Shown here in pieces: positions 1 through 12,410 of a DNA stretch of 64,000 bases. The translations under genes and the position numbers were made by a program. The DNA is from Octopus sinensis (Eukaryota), in assembly GCF_006345805.1 (NCBI RefSeq), contig NW_021835958.1:62001-126000 (forward strand), in the 5' to 3' direction. Under the pieces are notes generated by a model, which ran no database searches, was not told where the DNA came from, and saw only the letters and a program-made list of their open reading frames with translations. The first letter of the stretch is position 1, and the number at the start of each line of letters is the position of its first letter.

Positions 1-29
1 ACTCTAGGAGATATTTTCAAGCCAAGTAA

Positions 30-205
30 TATTGCAATAGTGACAGATACTAGTGTCACACAAACGGCACCCATGCCGATGGCATGTAAAAGAACCCATT
101 ACACTCTTGGAGTAGTTGGTATTAGGAGGGGGATCTAACCATAGAAACCTTGCCAAATCAGATGGAGTTTGGTATAGCCTTCCAGCTTGCCAGCCCTGGT
201 CTGAT
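30..205 (+). repeat. Degenerate 3' part of the interspersed repeat family also seen at 3795-4270
   Basis: Aligns by eye to 4095-4270 (gtaaaagcacccactac...gccagatcagattgg...cttgccag), ending in (GAT)n. Confidence 0.6.
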
Positions 206-216
206 GATGATATATA

Positions 217-1472
217 TCAGGTCATTAAGAATGAAATATCTGATTCTCTTATGCACTAAGTTTGACAGTCGTTAACTGTAATGTTTTATCCTAACAATTC
301 TTTGTTTTATAACATTTAAGAATTACATCATCACTTTTCGAAATGCAATTCATGATGTCTGATTATATTGCCTCTTGTAAATCAATTTTTTTGAAACCAT
401 GAATATATCAAAAATTCATGTTTATGAATATGAGTTCCATCATGGAACCAATGCATCTCAAACAGCTCGAAACATCAATGAGGTATTTGGTGAAGCTGTG
501 GCGAGTGAGCGCACTATACATTGATGGTTTGAGAACTTCCAGTATGGTGACTTTACCCTCGAAAATCAACCCAATGGTAGACCTGAGACCAAGGTGGATA
601 ATGATGAGCTGGAAACTGGCGGATACATCTCAAACTACGCGTGAATTAGCAGCAAAGTTTGATGCTTTCATTCAAACTATATTGGACCATCTCAAATAAA
701 TTTGCAAGGTAAAGAAACTAGCCAAGTGGGTACCACATGAACTGAATGAGCATCAAATGACACGTCTTCAAAATTACTGTTCTTTGCTGTCATGGCATAA
801 AAGCGAACCATTTTTGCATCGTATTGTTATGTGTGATGAAAAATGGATTTCTTTCAACAATAGCAAGTGTTCTGCACAGTGGTTGGATAGAGACAAAGTG
901 CCAAAATACAGTTCAAAAAAAGAATATTCACCAAAAAAAGCTAATTGTGCCTGTTTGGTGGTCCAGCACTGGTGTCCTCCACTGCAGCTTCATGAGACCT
1001 GGTTAGTCAATTACAGCAGGCATATACATCAACCAGTACGATGAAATGATGAGTAAAATTGCAATTAAACAACAGGGATTGGTCAATAGAGACAGACCAA
1101 TACCCTTGCAAGGCAATGCTCGACTACATGTTGCACAAAGAACGCTACACAAGTTACAAGAACTGAACTTGGAAGTACTCTGTCATCCACCATATTCACC
1201 AGAACTTGCAACAACTGACTATCATGTTTTCCAGGCATTAGACAACTTTTTGCAAGGAAAAAACTTCAAAGATGTAAAAATAGCCTTTTGTGATTTCATA
1301 ACCTCTTGCTCCCCAGAATTCTTCGCAGCCAGCATAAATAAGCTACCGATAAAATGGCAAAACTGAGTTGATAATTTAGGTGCATACTTTGATTAATTGT
1401 ATTGCTTTTTGTTGAGATAAAGTAAAATAAGCTTTCAGTTCAAAATCAGACATTTCATTCTTAATGACCTGA
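217..1472 (+). mobile_element. Full-length degenerate mariner (Tc1/mariner DD34D type) transposon
   Basis: ~29-bp TIRs tcaggtcattaagaatgaaat[a/g]tctgatt at 217-245 and 1444-1472, with TA at or next to each end. Broken transposase ~399-1380 shows the HTH region, KWVPHEL, CDEKW, (D)NARLH-like and PYSPELATTDY motifs, with stops and frameshifts. Confidence 0.92.
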
Positions 1473-1473
1473 T

Positions 1474-1475
<2 letters not shown>

Positions 1476-1558
<83 letters not shown>
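1476..1558. repeat. (CA)n microsatellite
   Basis: Direct reading. Confidence 0.98.
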
Positions 1559-1561
1559 CAG

Positions 1562-1712
1562 GCTTCTTTCATTTTCCATCTATCAAATCCACCCACAAGG
1601 CTTTAGTAGGTCCAAGGCTGTAGTAGAACACACTTGCCCAAGGTGCCACACAGTGGGACTGAACCCAGCATCATTTTGTTGGGAAGCAAGCTTCTTACCA
1701 CATAGCCACACT
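1562..1712 (-). mobile_element. tRNA-derived SINE, family A
   Basis: Reverse complement matches the + copy at 41966-42107 (gtggctgtgtggtaag...ggttcagtcccactg...ttgggcaagtg...gaaagaagcc), with A/B-box-like head. Confidence 0.8.
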
Positions 1713-2859
1713 TGCATCTGCTTATTTTATTCGCGTGCATTCTTACAGAAAAGACATAACAGTGAATGTGTTGTGCTATGTATCCACAAAATTTATCTTT
1801 ACTATATTTTTATATCACAACACCTCTTATCTCCAAGTAATTGGTTTTAACTGGCACTAATGTTTCATATAGATTAGTCATAAACTGCTCTTAAAATGCT
1901 GGTACACAGTCAATTCTAAACTAACCACAATATTTTTAGTAGAGATAACGATTATGTTACTTAACTAAACCCTCATTTCTTATGGAGCAAAGGCCATCAA
2001 CAACTTTTTTCAACTGTTCGTCATTCTGAGATGTCTTTTCTGCTTCTCAACATTTGGATCCCGGTTTTTCCTTGCAACTTCTTTTTCAGTTTTGCTGCAC
2101 CACGTCACATATTTCCCCGAGGGGAGCTCTTCCTCTCTCAGGTTTTGCAGGTTTTAAATTGTTGTTGGTGCTTCTGAAACTTTGTTTCTTAGGTAGAGGT
2201 ATTGACCCTATGCATATCCATTTTTACCTCTGTGAAGAGGTGGCCTTTATCAGCCTGGCCTCTATCCTCTGAGCTGTTTAGCATGGTTGATCCTGCTAGG
2301 AGCTTGTGCCCTGCTGGTATAGCTCTCATGGTCAGTGAGGTATGCAAGCTACGACACCACAACAAGGACAGGACATCTAACTAGAAAAAGCAAAAAAAAA
2401 AAAAAAAAAACTACCACTTTTGAATAAATAAATGATGATGCAAAATAACTATTGATGCTACTAGTGAAAGTGTGTAGACTAGTGGTTAGTGTGTTTGGCT
2501 CATGCTCATGAGTTCAGTATCTGAAACAAATGATGCATTGTATCCTTGAGCAAGGTACTTTATTTCCAGTTCTCCTTGGCTCAGTTGAACATTGGAATAT
2601 CAGTCAAGAGCTGTTGCAGGTCACACTCTCGGTATCACATCCTTGATATTCTGCTGGGGTAAGGGCAGTAGGTCGAAAGAATGTCTATGTCTGCTCACAA
2701 CTACCCAGGCACCTAAACCAATTAGTGAAGGCATACTACATGTTATGAAGGCATATTTAATTGCAAGTGATAGCTGACTGTAGAATTGTTCTATAGCTGC
2801 TGCTGCTACTAATTCTCAGATATTACAACAGTCATCAGCATCATTATTATTTTTATTTG

Positions 2860-3190
2860 GGCAGCAAGCTGACAGAGTCATTACTGTGCTGGGCAAAATG
2901 TTTAGCTGTATCTTTTTCAGTTTTATGTCTTGAGTTCAAATTGCACCAAGGTCGACTTACTTTTCATCGTTTTGGAGCTGATAAAATAAGTAGTAGTTGA
3001 GCACTGGGCTCAAAGTAATCAAACACATTTCAGGATTTATGCAGAAATTGTTAGTTGCAGTATTTGTTCTGACCAATTACATTCTGAGTTCAAATTCTGT
3101 TGAGATCAACTTTGCCTTTTATCCATTTGGGGATCAATAAAATATGTACTAGACGAGTCTGGGGTTGATGTAATTGGCTCCCCACCATAC
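2860..3190 (+). mobile_element. Two degenerate SINE family B copies
   Basis: ctgagttcaaatt...gactttgccttt(c)atcc...gataaaataagtac core, shared with 9527-10345. Confidence 0.6.
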
Positions 3191-3428
3191 ACATCTTAAA
3201 AACTCAAGGCCTTGTTCCTATAGGAGAAATGATTTATTTGTATCTCAATTTAGGTGGATTAGCTCTTGGATAACAAGTCACCACTTGTCACCTCAACCAT
3301 CCCAGAACTTTCAAATGATCTTCACTGGTCCTAACAAGCAGACCAGTTGTATGTATTCTATGTGCTTCTGCAAGCCAATCTTTTCCGTTCACTCCTTGAG
3401 CCTCTTCCTCTTACCCTAACTCTAACCA

Positions 3429-3608
3429 CTAAATCTAAAATAGATTGAAATGCAATAGATCGATACTGGGGCCATAATTATGGGTGACATTTTCATTTGA
3501 CACCGCTAGAAAAAAATCCCATTTTCCGTAGCGGTGTCAAATGAAAATGTCACCCATAATTATGGCCCTAGTATCGATCTATTGCATTTCAATCTATTTT
3601 AGATTTAG
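3429..3608. repeat. 80-bp-arm inverted repeat (hairpin) with 20-nt spacer, bracketed by telomere-like repeats
   Basis: 3429-3508 is the reverse complement of 3529-3608 with one mismatch; degenerate (CCCTAA)n on the left, (TTAGGG)3 on the right. Confidence 0.95.
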
Positions 3609-3794
3609 GGTTAGGGTTAGGGGTGGGGGAAGGGTATCTTTTTTTCTTCACAAATGTAAATAAACCCAATCTGTTTCTTAAACGAGGGACATATTCATAC
3701 AGCACGGAATGTTGTTTACGTCGATGGAGGTAATCGATTGGTTAAAATTGCTGAAACGTTCGAAATTTCAACCGAAATATCTTACAAACTATAT

Positions 3795-4270
3795 ATTGAT
3801 GACATCACCGCATGACTGGCATCCGTGCTAGTGGAGCGCTAAGAGCACTATCCAAGTGTGATCGTTGACAGGGCCGCTGACTGGCTCCCGTGATGGTGGC
3901 ACGTAAAAAGTACCATTCGAGCGTGATTGTTACCAGCGTCGCCTTACTGGTACTTGTGCCGGTGGCACGTGAAAAACAATATTTGAGCGAGGTCATTGCC
4001 AGTGTCGCTGGGCTGGCTCCTGTGCTGGTGGCACGTAAAAAACACCATTTGAGCTTGGCCGTTGCCATTGCCAGTACCACCTGACCTGCCCTCGTGCCGG
4101 TAAAAGCACCCACTACAGTCTTGGAGTTGTTGGTGCTAGGAAGGGCATCCAGCTGTAGAAACTCTGCCAGATCAGATTGGAACCTGGTGCAGCCATCTGG
4201 CTTGCCAGTCCTCAGTCAAATCGTCCAACCCATGCCAGCATAGAAAGCGGACATTAAATGATGACGATGA
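3795..4270 (+). mobile_element. Non-autonomous retroposon-like repeat with ~66-bp internal tandem units and (GAT)n tail
   Basis: ggtggcacgt(a/g)aaaa unit at 3895, 3961 and 4027; 3' end ccaacccatgccagcat...aaagcggacattaaatgatga resembles RTE-type tails (inference). Confidence 0.7.
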
Positions 4271-4272
4271 TG

Positions 4273-4308
<36 letters not shown>

Positions 4309-4789
4309 CTCCTTGCTTATCAAGTTGTCCTTTTATTATATCTTTTCTTTACAGATGTTTGGATACACCATTTGGTCTGTTCCACAGCAGCAGTCTTGGA
4401 TCCTCTCCGTTGTTCAGGGTAACATTGAAGTGGCAATGTGGAAGGTGGAGACTGGATCCAAACAGAAGGCCCTCTTGGCTTGTAATTCTCCTGCTCTTTC
4501 TCACAGAGACGTACATAACAACACCAACAGCATGAAATTATAACTGTTTCTTCTACCACTAGTCTTGTATATGATCTTCAGATTTTGAGTGTCATGGAGA
4601 CAATGACAAGTAATGGAGGCCTTTAGCGATTTGCTGTGCTTGAGAAAACACATCCAACCAAGTGAAATCCTAGCTGTGGTCAGTGCTGGTGACATGTAAC
4701 AGTCACCAACAATGTTAACATTAAACAATGTTAACATTAATACAAATGCAGGTATAATCATAATTTTTATTATTATGATGGTCAGCTGA

Positions 4790-5260
4790 AATGTTCATAG
4801 GCTGAGCAAGACACTCTCATGGAATGTGACCAAATGAAGTTCATTTTTTGACATAGTTCCCTTTACTGTCCATCAGTACTTGGATGGCACCGGTGAAGAA
4901 GCTCTCCTGTTGGTCAAAATAGTCATCAACAGCAGATGACATCATTATCACAGTGATACCGGTGCCCAGATGAGTGTTTTTCATGTTGAGAAACAGATGA
5001 TAATTAGATGGAACCAAATCACTAAAATAGGGAGGCTTAACAAACACTTCAAAGCCAGTCACACACAGTAGCCATTGAAACCAAGGACTTGTGTGCTGAA
5101 GCATTGTCCTAATGAAACAAGACCTCTCCCCATTCATCGGTTTTTCTGGGTGCCTTGGTCTTGATAGTTTTTTGCAACTGCTTTAGCAAGTTTGCATTGA
5201 ACTTCTCATTGTTGGTGTGATCATTTTGAAAATAGTCAATTAACACTATATTTTGCATGA
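4790..5260 (-). mobile_element. Mariner transposase C-terminal remnant
   Basis: ORF 4841-5137: PPYFSDLVPSNYHLF...SAVDDYFDQQ..SFF...GNYVKK matches the PPYSPDLAPSDYHLF-type C-terminus. Confidence 0.8.
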
Positions 5261-6019
5261 ATATATACTATATATAATAATGTGAAGTATATTTTGTATA
5301 TTAAATTTCGGAAATTTATCAAGTGAAGCAAACATATGTAGTAAAAATACAAGTTACAATTATTTCAAAATGTGGTACACTACATGACGAAAACTGACAA
5401 AAGAGACAGAAAACAGTGGTGCTTGTCTTCCAAAGGTATGATGAGAAGACCCAGGAGAAGGATAGGAAAATGGGACAAAAAGGAAGAAAGATAGAAGGAA
5501 AGAAAAGAAAAGAATGAAAAGTGAAAAGATAAACTGGGGGTCTGAAGTGAATTCTAGGCAGGAGATGAAACAAAATATGTCTTACTTATGCACTGGTCAA
5601 GTACAAAAAAGATGAGTGATAAAAGATTGGATGGTCTTTTAGTATCAAATAGTGAAGAAAGAGAGACAGGGTGGGATAGAGTAGGTAGGGTAAGAGAAAA
5701 TAGAATGAAAGAGGGAATGTGGAGAAAAAAGGGAATAAAGATAGACCGTAGGTAGTTCACAGATGGATAGAGGAAGAAATGGAAGGTAGTAAAGAGAGAA
5801 AGACAGCAGATAGGTAGAGAGACAGTTTGAAATAGATGGGGAAGATTTTGTGCACAAGAGGGGAAGGATAGAGAGATGGATAGAAAAGAGAGAAAATCTC
5901 GCACCAAATATTGAACATTGTGTGGGGTGACAGTGAGTGGGAACAGAAATGGGGTGTGTGACATTACATTGACTAATAACCGTAAAATGTTGTACAGAAA
6001 GTTGACGTACACACACACA

Positions 6020-6307
6020 TATATATAAAACTGAGAAAGTGTCTGTCTGTATGTGAGCATCACTAAATCTCGAGAATTACCCAAACGGTTTCATCCAAAT
6101 TTTACACTTGTCTTACTTAGGATCGATGGCGTGTCATGAGCCCAAAAACTTTTCAACTTCTAGCCTAATGCGAGCCCGGAGTAATCTCTTATCTCTTTTA
6201 CTGTTTCGGTATTACGTGTCAAAAGTGAAAAAATAATGTAATGTGATAATAAAATAATGCAATGTGATTCACTATTATATGGTTTCAATTTCAATTACTT
6301 TCACTAG
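6020..6307 (+). mobile_element. Possible non-autonomous Helitron-like fragment
   Basis: Starts atatataaaactgag..., like the 5' end at 37254; ends CTAG at 6304-6307; no 3' hairpin seen. Confidence 0.4.
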
Positions 6308-6309
6308 GT

Positions 6310-6600
<291 letters not shown>

Positions 6601-6619
6601 TATAGCTGTATGTGTGTGT

Positions 6620-8815
6620 ATGATTGAGAAGTCATGACAACTTGATTGAGAAGACCCGGTATAAACTTGATGATGGATTCAGCCGATAGCTGTACTCTTT
6701 CTGTATCCGACATCAGCTGTTCGACATAGGCTATCAGCCCCCTCTCAATTCCACACACTGGAATGAATGGCTGTGGGCATAAGGGGGGACGTGGGATGAT
6801 GCCAAAATCGTGCCTTGACAGCTGTCTCGAACTGGTAAAGGTTTTATCCCTGAATGTTAGATCCAGTACGACCAACTCACCTTCTGAGTCCACAAAGATT
6901 GTACGTATCTGCAGAGCCAAGCTTTTTCGGAGCAAAACCACAACGCCTCCACCCCCCCCCCCCCGGTCTGTCTAGGAGACATGATTTTCTTATAGCCATT
7001 CAGGAGAGTCGAGAAGGCATGTAGCTTGTCAAACTCGGTCTCTGTAGCCACCATTACATCTATACTATGTGACCTGAGGTCGTTGGGGAAACAAGTTTGC
7101 TTCCACTTCGAGCTCAGACCACGCACATTCACACAACCTATGCTGAATGTAGCCATATCAAAAAAAGGTAAAAAAAAGAAAAATTGGGCTTACCTGCCCT
7201 TTTCGTCTGTAGAGGGGAATTGATCTCAGTACTACTGGGATATACTCCCCTTCTCCCTTCCTCTCTTCCATGTTTGGCTCAACCGGCGGGTTAAATATTT
7301 TTGGGAGTGTCTTAAGCTCTGTAATATCTCTAGGCTGTCTTGTCTTTAATTCTATATAAAATTTATATGAAATATTTCCAATCGTGTTGGTATTTTTCTC
7401 ATTGTCCTGATAGAAAACTTTGGATTGGAGGTGGGGCCTAATCACCCCTTCCAAATAACGGTTGGTGTTTTTATACACCACCATAACTGTGTCTGGTTTA
7501 TAATTTTTCCTCCAGGTTTTGCATCTTGAATTCCTTTTTCCCCCCTTTTCCATCTCTTTATTTTTGTCACTGGGTATCTCTGGGGACTGCTCCAACTTTG
7601 TTTAATCCTTTTTTACATGTTTTATTTTCGGAGTCGCCTCTTGTGACTTGGTTGGCGACTCCGTCTGTCTCTTCGTTCTTTTACGAGGCACCGTCTGAAA
7701 ATCCATGTTTTCTCTATGCCCTTTACTGGCTCCTTTTTTTCATCCGCCTCTTTCGACTTTTTCTCGTTGGTGGTCGCCCTCTGAGTAATGGCCTCCTTCA
7801 CCAGGACTGCCGCATCTTTTTCCTCTTTATGGGTCTTTTCCTCTTCGGTCTCCTCCTGGGGAGGCAAGCGCTTGGACCTCGGGTGCCGCTTCTTCCCGCA
7901 CCTGAAGCATTGAGGCTTCTTCCCCTCCACATTCACTATTAACACTGTCTTCTCCCCAACATGGATCTTGTCCGGGAGACTTCCAAGGTTGTTGGAAGTG
8001 GCTTGCGCCAGTATTTCCAGAGTCTGCCCCTTCCAGTTCTGTGGGGCATATTTGGAAATCTGGATGAAGTTAATTTTATCCCCTCTTTGAAATAACAACG
8101 TGGCCACAACTCAAGCGACCTCTATTTCTGATGGATGTGCTTGATTCAAATCCGGGAAGTTCTGAGTCCCAGATACAATAGCAGAAGTGACATTTGCTCG
8201 TTTTGCAAGATTGGAGTCAAATACTTACGAGCCTTCTCTGCCTACTCGAACCTTACCTCCACCGTTGCGTCCCTGGTGCCTTGGTCCAGACACATGATTT
8301 ACTTCATCACCGGACCGAGGCATATTTCGATAGGTCCTTCTTCAAAGAATTCCAGTTTTTTTATTTACTATGTCATATGTTTTGTAGATTATGGTTTTCT
8401 CTTTTTTGTTGTTGTTGATAATTCTACTTGGGATGGGGGGGGGAGCAACTTTACTTCCTCTATCCCGTCTTCTGTTATCATTCAAAGAATGACTGAATTT
8501 CTGCCTTTTCAAGCGAAATGATTTCCTGTTGCCCTCCCACAACGGAGGCAAATTTTTTTATACACTGGCGTTCTAAAGAAGACATTTTGTTTTTTTTTAA
8601 ACAAAAGTTCTAACACAGGAGCAAAAATAGTCACACACAAAGTTGAAAATCCTTCCCTCTTAGGGAAGGATAACAATTCAACAAATGAAAAAACCTTTCA
8701 ACAACGTTTCCCATACGGGAAACCAACAGAAAGCAAAACCTGCAATCAGGTAACAAGATTTAACAAACAAACCTTACGGTTGCAACGGTGTGACTGAAAA
8801 AGCCACTTGCCAAAG
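6620..8815 (-). mobile_element. Tx1/L1-clade LINE: ORF1, endonuclease N-terminus and C-terminal fragment, with the RT deleted
   Basis: ORF1 fragments carry a CCHC-like knuckle CFRCGKKRH (7622-8107). ORF2 starts at 7156 (MATFSIGCVNVRGL...VATET, APE-type). At ~6840 it joins an LPVRD(K)LSRH / [17 protein letters not shown]-terminal segment like that at 56719-57167. Confidence 0.8.
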
Positions 8816-8922
8816 ACAGAGATGATTTAACAACGGTAAAAATAAAATCTATGTTAATTTATTGATGCATTTGGAAAAATCTATGTTTGTATTATCAGAC
8901 AATTACCAAAAATGTCTAAAAA

Positions 8923-9005
8923 ATTCAGAACTCTGCAAAAATCCTGTTCAAATTCTTCATAGTTAAAAACGTTGCCTATTTTTTTTTACTTAACCTGGTA
9001 TATAT

Positions 9006-9079
<74 letters not shown>

Positions 9080-9159
9080 ATATATACCAGGTTAAGTAAA
9101 AAGTAAGCAACGTTTTTAACCATGAAGAATTTGTACTGGCTTTTTGCAGAGTTCTGAAT
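8923..9159. repeat. Imperfect ~85-bp inverted repeat centred on a (TA)n tract
   Basis: attcagaactctgcaaaaa...ttaacctggtatatatgg on the left is mirrored by ccatatataccaggttaa...tttttgcagagttctgaat on the right. Confidence 0.9.
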
Positions 9160-9163
9160 ATAT

Positions 9164-9212
<49 letters not shown>

Positions 9213-9526
9213 CAAAAAGCCAGTTCTAGAATTTCTTATTTCAGTAGTTGTATTAGCAAGTAATGTTCATAGTCACTTCAACATGGCTGCTCCGTTCGAA
9301 CGGACTTTGCTGCAATTTTTAATCCCAAGAGGACATCTCCTGTAGTTGGTTATCGATGCACAGCTGCATATATTGCAAACAGTAGAGCGTGAACCCCTAC
9401 CTCCTTTTAGCGACGGAATCAGCAGACCTGTCTCATTTCGGGCTATTTCTGCCTCTCTTTAGTACTGGATACCACGTCTGTTAGAGATGCCAGTAGCTCG
9501 CTTCTGCTCGCAATATATATAAATTC

Positions 9527-10345
9527 AAGACGGCGAGCTGGCAGAAACGTTAGCACGTTACATTCTGAGTTCAAATTCCGCCGAGGTCGACTTTGCCTTT
9601 TATCCTTTCGGGGTCGATAAATTAAGTGCCAGTTACGCACTGGGGTCGATGTAATCGACTTAATCCGTTTCTCTGCCCTTGTTTGTCCCCTCTGTGTTTA
9701 GCCCCTAGTTGGTAGTAAAGGAAAAAGTATTTCGTCTGCCGTTACGTTCTGAGTTCAAATTCCGTCGAGGTCGACTTTGCCTTTCATCCTTTTGGGGTCA
9801 ATAAATTAAGTACCAGTTACGCACTGGGGTCGATGTAATCGACTTAATCCCTTTGTCTGGCCTTGTTTGTCCCCTCTATGTTAAACTCCTTGTGGGCAAT
9901 AAAGAAATAAGAAACGTTAGCACGCCAGGCAAAATGCTTAGCGGTATTTCGTCTGTCTTTACGTTGTGAGTTCAAAATCCGCCGTGGTCGACTTTGCCTT
10001 TCATCTTGTCGGGGTCGAGAAATTAAGTATCAGTTGCATACTGAGGTCGATCTAATCGACTTTCCCCACCACCGCCAAAAAATTCAGGCCCTGTGCTTAG
10101 AGTAGAAAAGATTATTCTCTTTGCATTTTAAGGCAGCGAGCTGGCAGAAACGTTAGCATGCCGGGTGAAATGCTTAGCAGTATTTCGTCTGTCGACGTTC
10201 TGAGTTCGAATTCTGCCGAGGTCGACTTTGCCTTTCGTCCTTTCGAGGTCGATAAATTAAGTACCAGTTGCGTACTAGGGTCGATCTAATCGATTGGCCT
10301 CCTCCCTCAAAATTTCGGGCATTGTACCTAGAGTAGAAAAGAATA
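9527..10345 (+). mobile_element. Head-to-tail cluster of about four tRNA-derived SINE family B copies
   Basis: Repeated ggcgagctggcagaaacgttagc...ttctgagttcaaattccgccgaggtcgactttgcctttcatcc...gataaattaagtaccag. Confidence 0.9.
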
Positions 10346-10392
10346 TATATATAAATTCAAGCAACACACAGTCACTAATCTTGCAACAAGCA

Positions 10393-10815
10393 ATACATAC
10401 ATACATACATACATACATACATACATACATACATACATAAATGCATACATACATACATACATACATGCATGCATGCATACATACATACATACATAAATAC
10501 ATACATACATACATGCATGCATGCATACATACATACATACATACATACATACATACATGCATGCATGCATGCATACATACATACATACATAAATACATAC
10601 ATACATACATACATAAATACATACATACATACATACATACATACATACATACATAAATACATACATACATATATACATAAATACATACATACACACATGC
10701 ATGCATGTATGTATGTATGCATGCATGCATACATACATACATGCATGCATGCATACATGCATACATACATACATACATACATACATACATGCAAGCATAC
10801 CTGCATACATACATA
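10393..10815. repeat. Compound (ATAC)n/(GCAT)n microsatellite with a local strand switch to (GTAT)n near 10705
   Basis: Direct reading. Confidence 0.95.
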
Positions 10816-11638
10816 CACGCACGCACACACTCACACATACACATACACTCTCCCCCCTCTCTCTCTCACGCACACATAATGGACTCTCACGTCGATGACA
10901 ACGTATGCGGGTTAAGTCTATTCCGAACAATCTGTACAAATGATTTGCACACTATGTCACTCTCTACATTAAATCAACATTCTCTGTCCCACACGTCAGG
11001 GGTCGAAGTGATCGCAGAGCAACGTGAAGTTAAGTAGTTTGCTCAAGAACACAACGCACCACCTAGTCTGGGAACTGAAATACGATTGCTAGGTCGTGGG
11101 TGCTACACCCGGTTGGATTTGTAATAATTTTCTTCGACCCCTTTAATTCACGATATCGTTTTCTATTCTGTGTAAGTCCGACCTTTTTGTATATAAACAT
11201 ATAGATGGTCATGGTCTCACGAGGTGAAACCATTTAATAATGACTCCGTTCAGAAGGCTGTAACATGTCATTCGATAAGGGAACACTGTAAATTGAATTC
11301 ATAGAACCATGCTGTAACTTTTGAATAGCTCACAAATATATGCAAGTTGAATAATCATAGAAAGTGTTTACAAGTGAAGGCCATGTTCATCTTCTGTGTA
11401 TTACCTCATATTTGCTCGATGTCTGCTAGCTGCCGCATGTGTATCACAAGACCTGGCGAGGTCATGTCCTCACTCTCTGGCGTCACGGTGACAAAGAGAA
11501 AGGGCTAAGTGTTGGAACCTTAGCGTTACGTGTACCACCTAGTGGCGAGGTCAACACAACAACGTGCTTATTCGGAATAAGTTGTTACCGAAATGCAATT
11601 CGAAAAAGCCCGCCATTTACATAGATATATAAAGGGTG

Positions 11639-12173
11639 AACAGTTCTAGATACTACGTTGGATACGATGGTTGTTCGTCTGGTATGTTGATTTTGTTCAT
11701 TCAATATAAATCTTGAATTATGCTTGCACTGATGAATAAAGAGTGCACGCCACTACACTGATTACGAAATCACAGGTGATCTGCAGCTGAATTCTGTTTT
11801 TAAATGACATGCTTCGAGAGTTGCATTCGGTACGATATGTTTATTTATTTTAGTAGTTTTGTCTTTAAGAGTCCCTCCTAGCGTGTGGCATTTTTGTGTA
11901 TTAATGCCCTCTATATAATATTTAAAAAAAATTATTTAAGTGAAGAAATTGGTGGATTTTTTCTCTTATGAGGTTTTTCACGCTAACTACTTGATAAATT
12001 CTTATGAAGATTTTATCCTATTTTTAAATTATAAATTTAACCGAAGTATATTCTATACTGAATTTTTATTCCGAATAAGCATGTTCTTGCCAACAGTTCT
12101 AGATACTACGTTGGATACGATAGTTGTTCGTCTGGTATGTTGATTTTGTTCATTCATTATAAATCTTGAATTA
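11639..12173 (+). mobile_element. 453-bp-period unit with 82-bp terminal direct repeats, containing a hammerhead motif (PLE pLTR or retrozyme-like)
   Basis: 11639-11720 and 12092-12173 are near-identical; the hammerhead begins immediately after the first repeat. Confidence 0.65.
11722..11787 (+). ncRNA. Type I hammerhead ribozyme motif
   Basis: Stem I TTGCA/TGCAG; core CTGATGA 11729-11735; stem II TAA/TTA plus AGTG/CACT (closing pair is an A.C mismatch); GAAA 11766-11769; stem III ATCAC/GTGAT; AUC cleavage triplet 11779-11781. Confidence 0.75.
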
Positions 12174-12337
12174 GATAGTTAGATAGATAGATAGATAGAT
12201 GGATGGATCGATAGATAGATGGATAGATAGATAGACAGAGAGACAGAGGCAGACATACAATATATATATCATACATATACAAATGTGTATCGTCGTCGTG
12301 GCTTCTATCCATCCATCCATCCATCCATCCATCCATC

Positions 12338-12408
<71 letters not shown>

Positions 12409-12410
12409 CA
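12170..12410. repeat. (GATA)n/(GGAT)n/(ATCC)n/(ATCT)n compound microsatellites
   Basis: Direct reading. Confidence 0.9.

Noticed and set aside
4354-4545. Plus-strand acceptor ttttcttttacag|ATG and possible CAGG|GTAACA donor
   Set aside because: No recognisable product in any frame and no partner exon identified; cannot be supported without RNA data
5400-5960. Purine-rich tract giving F/L/S-rich ORFs (similarly 46550-46990)
   Set aside because: Low-complexity GA-rich DNA; the apparent hydrophobic proteins are compositional artefacts
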